Below are positions 15,301 through 29,299 of a DNA stretch of 64,000 nt, one piece after another. Position 1 is the first letter of the stretch. Each line of letters opens with the position of its first letter. The notes beneath the pieces were generated by a model, which worked only from the letters and a program-made list of their open reading frames with translations, was not told the origin of the DNA and made no database searches. Made by a program: the position numbers and the translations under genes. The DNA lies in contig NC_134025.1 of NCBI RefSeq assembly GCF_964204645.1, forward strand, positions 29,864,299-29,928,298, read 5' to 3'. The stretch comes from Tubulanus polymorphus (taxonomy: Eukaryota; Animalia; Nemertea).

Positions 15301-18300
15301 TAAAAGCATTTTATGCAGAGAGACTCGAAACTGATCCTCTTTAGGTTCTGAACTTATTCGAATTGCAAACAAACATAAATAACGAACATATCGTCGACAC
15401 AAAAGAATCTTGGTAAAATCTTTGCGAACAATATCCGCTCGAAGATACAATACCGACCACTTGGATAAATCGTTTTCTCGGAGTCTCCCATTATTTGTCA
15501 TTGAATTGAAATTATTTCTAGTGACCGATAATCGTTCAAAAAGCGATTCTTAGGAGATTCTGTCTATCGCAAAAATTAGGAAACGCTTGATACTTCGAAT
15601 AATACCTGAAAACAGTGGGAGACATTTTGATTTGGATAACAAGACCAATTTTTCTGCGGACTCATTGGTCTTATTGATAAATATCTGTGGGCAGTCCGAC
15701 TGTATCGAAGGTGAATCCAATTAGGGACAAGAAACAGATGTTTTAATAAAAAGGTCATTTTTGTGTTGATCTCAAAAGAATTGCTGCCAGGGTCAATAGA
15801 TTTATTGTAATGAAGAATGTAGGTCCGGCCCTGCAGGTTTAGACAGACTTACCGCTGCGATTAAACAGCTGTCTACTACCACTGAATATAAATCCAAAGC
15901 ACGGGGTCCCTACCTTATAGACCTATACTGCTGTTTCCAAATTATAATCTGAGAACTGATATCGTGCTAGATTTTTGTAATTTGATTAGTAATGATTCCA
16001 GGATTCCCCAAGATTGATGGAGGTGAAGGTAATATGATAGCTGTACCTATATCCTGTAAGAGAGTGACATAAGTCAACAACTGTTGAAAGACGTATAGGT
16101 ATGTTTAATATACCGCCAACTAATTAGATTAAGTTGGTTACTCATTATCTGTAAGTTACTTTACTCCACCACCGTCAAATATCAGCAATTCAGGTGAATT
16201 CATGGTATACACATGTTTATAAACAGCCTTGTCTTACGAGTAAAAGAAAAGGTGAGAGAGAACGAGGCCCTATATCCCGAGGTTTACAGCACGGGCGATG
16301 CAAGATATTTCTCATTTCGGACAGAAAATGTAGCTTAAACCAGTGGCAGTCAGTCTAATCACGAACTGTAGACAGTCGACAACAACTTATCAGATATTTC
16401 CTCAATCAGGACAAACAGAATATCCAGTTGTACCGTAGCTCAATCAAGAATAGGAACTGGTTCCGTATGCAACTCCGCATCTTTATGTGCGATGTTCCCA
16501 AGATTGGACATCAAAGCCAGTTGCGAGGGAAACTTGTTGACGATGAAAAGGCTTTTGAAGACTGCAAGCAAGACAGAAATACTAGAATACTGATTATTCC
16601 GAAATTGGATCTTATCATATGCAACTATAACCAATACTCACGACTTGTAAGCTCTTCTGCCAACTACATTTCAAGGCGTATATTGTTTCAATAACGCGAG
16701 GGTGAAGTAAGTTAACAAAGAAATACACGTGTATCTCGCAGGATGAACCCAGAGTTTTTGAAGTTTCAGGTTTCTTAGATTCAACATTTTTCCAATATTT
16801 CATTGAAAATCAATTCTATTAGAAGCAAGACTTCGTTCGCTCGACTCCAGCTAAAGCTACAGTGAACGAGATGGAGACGTTGGTGCTTCAGGCGAGGATA
16901 AACAACATTCACGGTTTAAACAGCTGTTTTCTTTCTGTATTTTGCGCTATTTTTTTCTGAGGTTTTCCCTGTTTTAACTCAATGAGCGCGGTTTATCCAC
17001 CGAGTAAATAGCCATTAACAATCAAGGGTTAATTCAATATAGATTCCATTTACGTTTACTCCTAGTTGTAGTAGAATATCGGATAACCGGTGATTATCAA
17101 TGAAAATCAAGTATGATACATTCAAGGGAAACGCCTAAAATTTCGAAAACCTGACGATTTATATAAATATACGTAGGTTTAGCTTCTGGACATTGAAAGT
17201 CACGGTATTCTATATGTAAAAACGGTTTGCTTTTCGTGTGTGTTTTTTCTGTAATCATGAAACATCAGGCGCGAGTATTGTGTATAGCTCCAGGCTGGAC
17301 AGAGTCTGCATTGGTATTCACAACACTCGACTAGTCTGTTGTCAGCGCTGTCACTTCATCCAGTGAAGGTAAAACTACCGGGGCAAACAATTTCCACGAC
17401 AATGAAGTGCTCTGTCAACATGTCCTGATTTCACCTCACTTCTATAATGTCAACAGCACCAAATTCACTCCGTTTTCATCGATTCTACATCCACTGATTA
17501 TTTATAACGATTAGTGGTTTCCATGATTCCCCCCCCCCAAAAAAAACTCGCAGTATATTAACAAAAGACTCAGAAGATTCCCGTAGGAATCTATTTTGAT
17601 GGATTACTCACAGAATTTTCCTCTTGGGTTTACCCTTGAAGTACTAGACCATTGATTCCATTGAACACCGATCATGATTGGTAATTGATCGGTGCGTTGG
17701 ATTAGAATCGATCGATGGAAATTAAATGGCCGTGTTAATGATGTTTGAACTGCAATGTTCAATCTGATAGCGACCACTTAATCCGTTCATTTCGAACATC
17801 GCTGAAACCTTTAATTTCTACCGAGTACCAACAGATAGGATACTCGTGCACCTTCTCCCGATTCGATTTTATCCCTGTCTGACAAACTAAACTCTCACTG
17901 TTTGATCTACAAATAACCGCCCTATCAAACTCATATTGGTATATGTAGTATTTGATATTTGTACAAAGCTAAAAAAGCATTAATGATATCTTCGTAATGC
18001 TTAAGGGCCCTACATATTTTTTCTATGTCGAGGTGTATTCTGTTGCTACGCGGGACTCCTTTTATCTGGGACGGTATATATCTTGTCTTGTGTTATAGCA
18101 TCCAATTAAAAGTTGCATTACTCGATTCTTCTATGTTCTATTCGGTTGGCTATTAGTTATCTGCGATACTATCAACTGAAATAATGCTTCCCAGGAGATC
18201 ATTAAATTTTAATTTGTAGAAGTTCTAGAGACACTGCAAGGCGCTAGCCATGAACAACATTAATGTTACAGACATCGTTTTGATTGTCCTCGGAGACTTA

Positions 18301-21300
18301 CAGAAAGATAAAGAAATTAACAATAATCACTTGATGTGACAATCTTCTCATTTACATTGATAGAATATACATCTAATCAAGAAGAATAAATCAATTAGTT
18401 TCATAACAATATTCATCGCCACTAAAATGCAGTAAAGTTATCGCACTCGTAGATGCGTTCATTTTTAAAAGTAAACTCGTTAAAATTGAGTATCCGTTTA
18501 CTGGCGAGAGTTTATCAGTCTACAGGATCGAGGGTATGAATTATCAGGAAGTTGGTAAGATCATATGAAATTCCGGAGCTGCACTAATCATGAGCTCGGA
18601 GAAGAAAATGTTCGGTAAGACATGGAAAACAGGCTAAAACATATGGTCGAGAAATGTACGAGCAATGGCAAAGATAATATACATCTGGTTGCAAGTTTTC
18701 GAACCGAACTCGAGCGAGTAAAAAAAAAACAATTCGAGATTTTAAAGAAAGACAGAGAGGGAAAGATAAAGTTGTTTAGTAGATAGCACCTGAACAGGAT
18801 TAGAGAAGATTAGTGTAAATAATAAACAGACACTTGTTGATTGAAGTGATATAAAGAAAATGTCAGTTTCAGTTAGAATTCAACTCAACTGGTCGGTACA
18901 TCTCACGCAAACCCCTGCAGCCGGATTCCTAAAAAGCCTTTTAACAGCTACAGTAAGGTTGCCTACGTCCAACAGTTAGATGTCCAAACAACAAATCTGC
19001 TGCCCCTGTTTTAACTGCAATGAATATTTCGGGTCTGTATTTCATGCATTTCGATAATTCACCCTTGTCGATGAAGTCAGTTCTTCGTTTCGGTATAAAA
19101 ACTGTTTTTATTTCCCGATTCGATTTGTATATATAATCCTGATATCTAGAAATCTAATACAATGAGATGAATAAGGCTTTGAACTTTGCTAGGCATTGTC
19201 AGACGTTCCATACTACATGGTTATGTCATCGATTGAGCTTGAATAAATGCTCCCTGAAACTCAACGGTTCTCTGGGTTATTATCTTTATTGTCCTCATCG
19301 GGCACTATTTCCATTTCTTTTAGAAAATACCGTTTTCTGCTGGAAACGATCAAACTCTTGTTTTTTTTCTGCCGTTGGAACTCGGGGGATGTTTTAATTC
19401 GGTTGAAGCGAGTTAATTTCGTTGTTGCCGAATTATTCGGCGAGGAGAATGTGACATCTTTGATAGAAATGGCGCGTTACACGAACAGGTTCCAGATGAG
19501 CACTCGGTCGCAACATCAGACACAGCGAAATATTAGTAATCCCCATGGAATACATTAATGTCTGTCTGTGTAGATGGAGTCATCAATAAGGCTGTGGATT
19601 CTGTTACCTTGGGAATCAGGTATCATCGCTAACCAGTCCATATCAACAAGTTCTGATCAGCGGAGTTCATGTTTGTGGCAATAATATTGTCGTTTTCAAT
19701 CTGTGTGTTGCGCTCGTCGCTAGTCACGCCAGCATTCGATCGATGTTTCTCCGCCACTTATAGAAAAAACACCCGGAAACCGAGAAATGCTTAATGGAAG
19801 GATTTAACAACTTGCCGCATGGATTATACACACTGTACTGAGGATGAAAGATCAAAATATATAACATCACAGAAGAAGAGATATCACTTCAGCGAGTGCG
19901 AGCTGTGCTTCATTGAACTATGCATTAATAACTAAACGAAAGATGAACCTATCGTAGAGAACATTAGCGCAGGAAACATCGTATTCCTGAAGATAATTAT
20001 TAGGATATAGCGTTTAACGAAACGATTAAATTGATGTTGCGGACTCTTTTTGTGTGGGATTTTATATCATTTTCAACTACGTTTACTTTAACTAACAAAA
20101 CAATCGAAAACATACGTTATTTTTCGAACCAAACCGTAACGATGTATAAATTGAAGAAGTCCGCAACATCGTATGCAAACTAGCATCAGGCGTATAGATG
20201 CGTCCGATACGCTGTGGAATCAAAATAAATTATCAAAGAATTTTCTAAATATTTGAGTCAGACTTCTTCAATTACTTAAAAACGAGAAAGCCACAAATTC
20301 GTGTCGATACTGCTTTAAACACTATGGCATGATTTATTTACTCAATTCAGACAATCAAACAATTCTAGCTGGAAATCATTTGTCATTGTTTTACGTGTAT
20401 TTTTTCAAGCACCCGAAGCAGTAATCATTAAGACTCGTTTCGATATAAAATATGACATCTATCAACTACACTAAAGACATGAAATTGATACTGAGTTAGC
20501 CCCACCTGAAAACAGTTTATCATATCGAGCTACAGGGAACAAAACAAAGGTGTGTTCACAATTTCATAAACAAAAGGATATATTTGTCTTGAAAATACCG
20601 AAAAATCGATTGGAATAAGTTTTATCATCGGCGTATTTGAAATGTTGATCCTACTTACCCCTTTACATATCAGAATCTAGGATCAAATATGATCAAACGG
20701 ATTGGGATTTTTTTCGTCTCTGAACGAACTGATTGTTGATAAACACGACTGTTGCAAATGGGTCCGTTTAAAAACTTATATCGATCGGGTAATTCCACGA
20801 CAGATAAACCTTAGATATAAGCCATGAAGACTTAAGGCACTCATGTCTCTGGAGCAAAGTTTTTAATTTGAAGCATATGAATTTTATATTCAATTTAACA
20901 CAAACCATTTGCACTCCCACTGCTCAACCTTTTTACTGATATATTTCATTTTTATTATTAAATACAAGTAAATATGTATATATACATTATACATATGATT
21001 GTGATAACATCGAGTAATATTACCCGCAGCATTAATCAATAGAAGAGAACTTTCCAGTATCTACCTTTCGATTTGATATGGTTTCAAGCGAAAATACACG
21101 AATTATACTGGTAAGTTCGAAATTGATTACTGTAAGGTAAGCCTTTTTTTTTTAAATAGAGTATATGTATTTCTAGAAGGAAAAGAAGATGAAGGAAATT
21201 ATCTTCCTTCGGGAGCAGCCGCGAGTTTTGCTGAATTCTGCCTTGATCTTATAGCTGAATTTGATAGAAATATCAGTTTTCAGGTAAATATAGAACGAAA

Positions 21301-24300
21301 TATTTGATTTCATTTGTTAGTCGATAAAATCATCAAATTCTGCTTTGAAACACCTTGAAATAATAACCACGGAAGAAATACTGCTGCATAAATAGCAGAC
21401 TTAATAAATATCTGAGTAACTCATGTGGAAGAGACACAATTTCATATTTTGTTGTTGGCGTGAAATAGTTTTTGATACGGCGAATCGATAAGGCAATTAA
21501 CTCCATTAAATTATACATGGAACAGAAAACATAAAATTCTATATTTGTATTCTGTGGGGACTCATCAACGAACAATGTGACTGCGAATCATATACCTGCT
21601 TTACAGTTTTTACAGTCGGTGTATTGGTTCATCACCATAGAAATATATACACGATACGCGTCGAAGGCAATAAAAATTCTGATGAAGTTTCAGAAAAGTA
21701 CGAAAAAAAGTAATCAACACCTATCAAGTAATAGACTCTCACTGAAATGCAGGCCTTTTAGCAATATTCGATTTCTAAAAAGGAAATAAAAGAAAATTCT
21801 CCCAAGCCTCGAACCTGGAACCTCGTGCGTTACTGGTCAGTATGTCAGTCTGGTCAGTGTGGTGCATTGTCAGGTGCGTTGGCTGTTTGTCAAAACGTTT
21901 GTCTACTCACTTATCAGGCCCATTGCTAGGAATTTTCCAAATTTTTCCAAATTATTTATACCCAACTGGTATTGCCTCCCAAATCCAAATACTATTCGCC
22001 TGGACAAAAGACGATGCGCGCTAACACCTTAGATGTAACAATCTACAGGAACCAACCATTGCAAATAATACATCACTCAAAAAAGAAAGAGAGAAAAATA
22101 ATTTCGACGAAGAGAAACAATCATTGATACATCTACATACAGACGAGATGTGAACAGAGAATACTGATAGAAAAATACTTTGATGGGGAATTCTATGAGA
22201 ACTCGGGTACGAAACAGTATATAACCATCAAACTGAAACAGTGATCTCTACTGTCTACTGACATCATTAAATAAAACAAACATCAAACGATGACATTTTC
22301 AATAAAAGCCGCAAGAGGTGAACTTTCCGGATGAATCTCCGGCATTATTTTTTGATACTGATGATTTCCGCTGAGACTATTGATAAAGACTAAGCTTACA
22401 AACGGATAATAATCCGGTACTGAACCCTCGAGGCTAACGTTTCCCTAGATTTAATCTGTATGTAAAATGAGATTAATGACTTTAATATCCTAGTCATTGT
22501 TCGGAACAATTCTCTGGATACCTGTCTGTAGTCAACATCCACACAGACAAAGATTCAGCGCCGTGAAAAACAACTCTCCCAGCTTAGATAAAATTTCACT
22601 TCAACCCTTAATTTCACGTATACAACCCCGAAGATTATTCCTGATTCCTGGCTGTAATTGCAGTTCTCATATTTCAATCATTAGCCCTAAAGGAGACTCA
22701 GAAATGTTGAGAGAGTTTTTGCTCTGATACATTACTGTAAAACGAACAGTCTGAATATTGACCTGAAGTTGGCCAGATATTTACTGTGTTTGATACGTGC
22801 CTCATTTGGCCATTGATTCGGATCATTTATTTCTCCACTAGTTGCTTGCCATTAATGATGAGAAATGGCTCGATTTTAGATGCCCTTCATTATCGTACCA
22901 TTCATCATACACTACACCGCGGCCGCGTGTTTGTAATCATCTCTTAAAAAGTAATATACCGAGCAGTAAAACAGCAGCTTAGAGTCAGTCGACAGTCGTG
23001 GTTAGACTCACATCACATTCACATATGTCTGAAATGACATTCTTTCGTCACAGAAGAGAAAAAAATACATAATAATAACACGTCTTCCAAAGCTTCACTT
23101 CCTTCATTCTTAAAGCATTGTTATTCTCATACATTTAATGTCCCCCTCTTCCTCGTTTGATGTGTGTATAAGATACCGCATACTATTTTTTTACACGATT
23201 TAAAGCTCCCTGTTACCTGACCTGTAAAATCGCTACCCGCGGGCTTATTGTTAAACGTGTTTTTATATTTATAGTTGGACAAACGGCGCGTAGAAATATC
23301 AAAGACCTAATTCAATAGAAGTAGAAAACGACTAATTCTTTGCCTGCGGTGCTAAAAGCAAAAACTATCTATTTAAGTCTCCTTAACTGATTACAAATGA
23401 AACATGTATTTAGTGTGTGATAGTACAAGTTTTAGATTCTATGGCTAAAGAGAATCCGAGCTGGAATTGAATTCTTGTTATGACGAAAAAAGATCTACGC
23501 GCCAACCAATTGTAACAGTCAACATTCTAAAAACTTCGAGCGCTTGTCCGTTAAAGGATTGGCTCTTCTTTAGAAAGTATAGAAATTGTTTATGAAAACA
23601 AACGACGTAAATCAAAATAATCTAATAAAAATAGCATTCTAATTTAATCATCAGAAGTGAACGACAATAAACTAGTAGCATCTATTAGAAATATCCCGGT
23701 TCCGCAAATTAAATCTAGATTTCTAGATAAAGATAATTTAAATAGATGAAATCAAGCGAACTGGCTTTGTCGCATAGTTGAATCGTCGTATTATCGTATG
23801 TTTAAGAGGTAATTCGGCAACTGGCGGAGCCATCCATCAGAATTCGCGAAAACAAGAACTCCCAACAAAAATACAAAACCTGCGTCTGGCAATCTGTTGC
23901 CCGGTAAGACGCCATTAAACCATAAACCAATTTCACACGTTCTAACAATTAAATTCATTACTTTCTCCGGTGAGGCAGAAATTTTGCATTTATCGGATAT
24001 TGTCTCGTAAAAAAGAACGACTTGAGATTCAATCGAAGCGTTAGATTCGATTATACAGCGACCCAGACGTCACTGTGTGCCCTCGAATAGTGTCAGAAAG
24101 CCCAGGAAATACTCTCAGAAATCATCATACTCGACACGCATACAATTAAAACCAACGAGATTAAAAACGAAATTCGTTAAAAATCAGGTACACCTAACGA
24201 TGGTCTCATGAGAGAGTCCGAAACATTGTCTCTTTTAATGGTCACTCTAAATCTTGATATGATACTACCGTTATTCAGCGGGAAATGTTTAAAACCGGTA

Positions 24301-25628
24301 AATACGAGAAAGTTGCGTCAAGAAAATATTTTCGAAAAGGTTTTACACGTAAAAACGATAATCAAAAACAAATGTTGTTCGTGTTTTTCAATGTGGTATT
24401 GGTTTAGAAAACGTGTTTCAACTCCAACATATTCAGGGAGGTTGCGTCATGGGTTGTTGGGGATAAACCCGGTAGAATTATACACCGTCAGCAGGGAGGC
24501 GGGATATACCTCCCCGTTTCCACGAAAGTAATTTTACGAAGATTTTGGTTTAGAAAATATGTAATAGATACAAGAATTCGTAATCCATTCATTCTAAGAG
24601 CCATTATTAGCTTTAACGGAATGAAAAGGGTTGTATATTAGTTATTATTGTAAGTGTAGTGTATATACATCGTGAGAAAAATAGAATATGACATGGACCC
24701 CGACCGCGGTCCTTGACAAAACCAGTTGAATGTAGGTTAGAAACTGTGATCAGGTGAGACAAACCCACATCCTTCCCGCAGATTCATCTTTTGAACCTGT
24801 TACATAGAAAATTACGGGCTATTATAAACTATTACAAACAGGTCTATATCCATGTCCCGCGAAACCCCTTTTAATCTACTACAAATAGGTCAATTTAAAG
24901 ATGGATTTAACAGAGATTTTACGTTACGATGAACACATTGAAAAATAGAGATACAAATAGTTTATAGTATAAACCGATGAACTACATATCCCAACTTCAC
25001 CGAAGCGTGTAATTAAACTATTGTTTGTCTACCTAAAGCTCCGTCAATTATTATTAATGACTTTCTCAGTCGACGAGTACTAATTACAAAGTTATTCCAA
25101 TTAGGCATATGTGCCGCACATACGCGCCGCCCGGTATATTTTTCATTGACGAGAACAAAGTTAATGTTTTGCGCTGAGACTTGAACAGTATTAAATTTCC
25201 CCGATCAATAAGACTTTCTTAAAATTGTTCGTTCTTTAGCTTATTATATGTGATTTATAATTCTATACTAAAAATAACTGAATTTCAGTTTCTTTTCCAT
25301 ACTAATCGATTAGTAGAACGATCTTTGAAAGAATCCTATAAACTAATATAGTTTTGATTATGTTTACAGAAAACAAATTGGAAATTCTAAATGAAGAAAA
25401 CTTACTTGTATAAACTTCTCCGGGTAGATATTTTTCCGGTGGTGGACGGCCAAGAATTTTTATTGCAAAACCATTATCGCCTTGACTGCGGGCAGCCCGA
25501 GTCACTGTGGGCAGTCTATTACATTCAGGATTAGTTAATACTGGGTAATCGCCCTGACCAACCACAAAAACCACACATCTCAGAACAGTATAAACAGTTA
25601 ACAAATATTTCACTAAGTTTTCCATCAT
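397..25628 (-). CDS. SPON1: Spondin-1 / F-spondin (signal peptide, reeler domain, spondin_N domain); 5' portion only, gene continues beyond the left edge
   Basis: Phase-consistent GT-AG exons: 25628-25406 (MMENLVKYLL...GDNGFAIKILGRPPPEKYLPGEVYT), 14929-14823 (ITLNGTARLQQKFAGFYLVA...GTFQ), 5055-4916 (LFSSPPLTKFHDQCPHVVTH...VLWTAPPAGSGCVEFR), 2518-2445 (ATVVQYQDVWFKDDGALTKTVCED), 2353-2228 (CCACGVAKYHMTFNGNWSRYTHPKDFP), 1584-1433 (HWSHIVGASH), 737-593 (LSMIGPSPDWCV), 503-397 (LYPWDAGTDSGISY). These are hallmark reeler and spondin_N motifs. Confidence 0.95.
4175..4334. mobile_element. Degenerate MITE-like foldback element in a spondin intron
   Basis: ~55-bp imperfect inverted arms: ggcgaacttcggttatcggagttagtcgacta...aaccgaatg and cattcggtta...tagtcgactagatacgaaaccgaatttgcc. 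Confidence 0.65.
13455..13526 (+). pseudogene. Degenerate tRNA-like (Leu/Ser-type) sequence or SINE head in a spondin intron
   Basis: CCGAGTTGGTTAAGG (A-box-like) and TTCGAATCC (B-box-like) at long-variable-arm spacing; no intact cloverleaf. Confidence 0.4.
20033..20170. repeat. Short element bounded by perfect 13-bp inverted repeats
   Basis: gatgttgcggact (20033-20045) and agtccgcaacatc (20158-20170). Confidence 0.5.
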
Positions 25629-26418
25629 AATGTAAGTAGCATATTATGGCAGCCGGAAGAGATAGAGAGAGACTGGAACCAGTGCGCTGTTGCTCTTGAA
25701 CGGGTTGAACTGATAAATGACTCGTTTCGTCGAAGTCGCGTACGGCGAGTGTAAAGTGACTGTATCCCCATCTCGTGGTTATTAACGAAACTAAACCGTA
25801 CCCGCGACTACATAGAGCGAACATTTTGAAAAAGATAAGATATGAGCTTTTAAAAGGGTTCAAAAGATAAAAGGGGCAAGTAATAAGTTATTTGGGGTAC
25901 ACAAGAAGCAGATTTTTCTTTTTTTTGGAGAGGGGGTGTCCCGTGAACCTGGTGGACCAACAGCACTAAAATTTAAGATTAAATTTTCATGTTCATAAGA
26001 TGGTATTGTTGTTGACCAGAGATACTGGTTTTTTGCGTTTGTCACGATTCAGGATGTGACATCTATTTCGAGATTTTTACCATGGATCTAAGTGAGCCGA
26101 ATATTCCTGTAGAATACAGGTAGATAATTCAAATAAACACGATGATTTTCTAATCAGACGAAGTTCGAAGAAGATTTTTGGACTGCTTCTTCTTTTCCCG
26201 GTCGTGATGAAAGCTGGCTCTATTCGCTCTCATCGCCAAGTGAAGAGGGGGCGACGACAGTGACCGCGGTCCTCGATATGCCCGACATATGTTATAGGCG
26301 CCGTCTATGAAAAATTTACTGAACTAGTAGATCTGGCTGTAAGGTTTTACGTTGCGGTAATTTATATGTACGCTAAATTCTCATGCGCCATCTACTGTAA
26401 ATATTAGATACGGTTCAC

Positions 26419-27369
26419 CTAATGTTTATTAAACTTGCAAAATATCGAAAAATAATGCATCAAAGTGTTACGAATTTCTTTACCCGTTAGTACGTAAACA
26501 TAGAAATTAGTTGCAAAGTTCCAAATATAGATCATGTTCGCTATTTGAAATGCTAATCCTGATTGGACAATATTGGGACTGATCCAAGTCATAATCCAAA
26601 TCGTATTTGTAGGGAATGATAGCAATAAGAATACAATACAAGTTGATGCCACTATTATAGACACTGATGATGAGGAGCGATTGTTAGTGTTCATACGATT
26701 GAACATTAAAGTAAAAACTATAATCGCTGTTGAGATGATTATTATCGTGCATGGTATAAATAAAATAGAAGTTATTTGTAAGGCTCTGTTGACAGTTTGA
26801 TCTATTGTATGAACGCATCCCATCTCTTTAACAAAACGTACAGAAAATGATTGACATATGACTAAACTAACTTGTGTAACTATAAACACGGCACAAATTA
26901 TTTTTGCAGTTTTAGAATTACAGAATCGGGGCCCTTTGAAAGGGAACCGTACAATGCACATCCTTTCGAAGCAGAGAACGCAAAGCAAATTAGGACCCAA
27001 ACCAACAAAACTCGCATACACTACCTCAACTAAAGCACAAATTGTATCGTTTTGATGGATGCTGATCAAATTAATTTGGTTGATTTGATAGGATACTTTA
27101 TTGATACAACCGAGCGTTTCGAGAAGTAATCCTGTAGTATCTGATACCGCCATAGACAGGAAGAGATGTCCGTAAAGTTGTCGGCGAAATCGAGCCGTTA
27201 ACATCAACACTACGATTAAACTATTACCGCTAAAACCGAAGATGGCTACTAGAAACATGTTTAAAGAATACGCAGTTACGAATGTAGTTGTCTGTTTCTC
27301 ACGTCGGACAAATAATATATCTGTATAAGTCAAACTGTAATTAGAAGTCGTTGTGAGATTTTCTATCAT
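26419..27369 (-). CDS. Intronless class A (rhodopsin-like) GPCR, copy 1; orphan peptide-receptor-like/chemosensory-type
   Basis: 316-aa ORF with 7 hydrophobic segments, TM1 GNSL, TM2 LSMAVSD, TM3 FERM (DRY variant), TM6 FLLLSFP, TM7 NFYVY (NPxxY variant), N-terminal N-glycosylation sequons. Confidence 0.9.
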   Translation of the reverse strand: MIENLTTTSNYSLTYTDILFVRREKQTTTFVTAYSLNMFLVAIFGFSGNSLIVVLMLTARFRRQLYGHLFLSMAVSDTTGLLLETLGCINKVSYQINQINLISIHQNDTICALVEVVYASFVGLGPNLLCVLCFERMCIVRFPFKGPRFCNSKTAKIICAVFIVTQVSLVICQSFSVRFVKEMGCVHTIDQTVNRALQITSILFIPCTIIIISTAIIVFTLMFNRMNTNNRSSSSVSIIVASTCIVFLLLSFPTNTIWIMTWISPNIVQSGLAFQIANMIYIWNFATNFYVYVLTGKEIRNTLMHYFSIFCKFNKH

Positions 27370-28321
27370 GTTTTAGGTGCTCTCGGTTGAGAAAAACGAG
27401 TTGTAATTATACGAATCTTGGAACTTGAATGCTGAATAATCTACGATCAATGTTGTTTCTATTATACATGTAGAAACTGAAAATACATCCGCAAAAGTCA
27501 AACTGTAAATTCAAGTCGTCGTGGCAGTTGAAATCAAATTTTCAGAATAAATGATCTAATATCTCGTAAACGAACTACGTATTTGCGTCACTACTTTTTG
27601 AAAATAACGAAGCTAAAAAATACATATTCATATCTACTAATGATTTCAAATGTAAAAAGGTGAAGATCTAAAGTTACTAATGCGGACAGATGTGAAGTAT
27701 TTCTGAGTTTTCGTTCCATACAGAAATCAATTTCAAGTCGCTGCCTACAGTACCGTTACAAACTATTTGAGTAATGCCCTTAAAACATGTACGCTAGAAC
27801 TGGCTGGTCCCAGTAACTGTATGTAGTGGGTGACCGTCGATTCGAAAAGTTTTTTAAACGTCCTATTGCTTTACCAATATATTTGTTCGAATTCGGTTGG
27901 GTTTGAACATGGATCGTTAAACGCACTAAAAGCTATATGGAGTTGCCGGGATTTGGAAGGTTTTAGTGCCATTCAAAAATTAGTAATTAAGTTCAAGTTG
28001 ATTGCAATTTTCAAAATCTAGAAATAGCATCATCAAATTGGTACTGATCTCTTTACTGGTCAATGCATTAGGTAGATATAGAAATTGGTTGCTTCTTTCC
28101 AAAAATATGCCGTATCAACTTCTTAAAATGTAAAATCCGATTGGGAAATATTGGGGTTTATACATTTTAGTAATGAGTGGGTGATTTACGTGTGAAAGCG
28201 CTCTCTAATTAGACGTGCGACAAATATGACTCGGGTCTGGTCTGAAAACCAGTTTAACCAAATCATCTCCGTGTGATTGCATTTTATATTGTGTATTTTC
28301 ATACTGTTTCATGTTAATTAG

Positions 28322-29287
28322 TTAACGCTTTCGTAGTACAGGCTGTTTTTTAATTTGAAAGTTTCGAAAACAGTGCAATAAAGTTATACGAATTTCTTTA
28401 CCAGTTAGTACGTAAATATAGAAATTGACTGCATAGTTCCAAGTATAGATCATGTTAGCAATTTGAAATGCTAATCCTGATTGGACAATATTGGGACTGA
28501 TCCAAGTCATAATCCAAATCGTATTTGTAGGGAACGATAGCAATAAGAATACAATACAAATTGATGCCACTATGATAGACACTGATGATGAGGATCGATT
28601 TTTAGTGTTCATACGATTGAACATTAAAGTAAAAACTATAATCGCTGTTGAGATGATTATTATCGTGCATGGTATAAATAAAATAGAAGTTATTTGTAAG
28701 GCTCTATTTACAGTTTGATCTATTGTATGAACGCATCCCATCTCTTTTACAAAACGTACAGAAAATGATTGACATATGACTAAACTAACTTGTGTATCTA
28801 AAAACACGGCACAAATGATCTTTGCAGTTTTAGATTTGAAGAATCGGGGCCCTTTGAAAGGGAACCGTACAATGCACATCCTTTCGAAGGAGAGCACGCA
28901 AAGAAGATTAGGACCCAAAGCTACTAAACTCACATATACTATTTCAATCGAGGCGCAAATTATATCATTACAGTGGATACTGATCAAATTGATTTGGTTG
29001 ATTTGATACGATACTTTATTGATACAACCGAGCGTTTCGAGAAGTAATGCTATAGTATCTGATACCGCCATAGACAGGAAGAGATGTCCGTAAAGTTGTC
29101 GGCGAAATCGAGCCGTTAACATCAACACGACGATTAAACTGTTACCGGTAAAACCGAAGATCACTAACAGAAATATATTTAGAGAATACAGAGTAATGAA
29201 TGTAGTTGTCTGTCTCTCACGTTGAACAAATGCTATATCTGTATAAGTCAAACTGTAAATAGAAGTCGTTGTGAGATTTTTCATCAT
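28322..29287 (-). CDS. Intronless class A GPCR, copy 2 (tandem paralog of 26419-27369)
   Basis: 321-aa ORF, colinear and highly similar to copy 1; same GN, AVSD, ERM and NFYIY motifs; different C-terminal tail. Confidence 0.9.
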   Translation of the reverse strand: MMKNLTTTSIYSLTYTDIAFVQRERQTTTFITLYSLNIFLLVIFGFTGNSLIVVLMLTARFRRQLYGHLFLSMAVSDTIALLLETLGCINKVSYQINQINLISIHCNDIICASIEIVYVSLVALGPNLLCVLSFERMCIVRFPFKGPRFFKSKTAKIICAVFLDTQVSLVICQSFSVRFVKEMGCVHTIDQTVNRALQITSILFIPCTIIIISTAIIVFTLMFNRMNTKNRSSSSVSIIVASICIVFLLLSFPTNTIWIMTWISPNIVQSGLAFQIANMIYTWNYAVNFYIYVLTGKEIRITLLHCFRNFQIKKQPVLRKR

Positions 29288-29299
29288 GTCTGCAGAATA

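Noticed and set aside
17652-17712. Possible miRNA hairpin (caccgatca/tgatcggtg)
   Set aside because: Only ~9 bp of contiguous pairing and no recognised seed family
26573-29006. Paired plus-strand ORFs (26573, 26858, 28491, 28776)
   Set aside because: Antisense shadows of the duplicated GPCR genes
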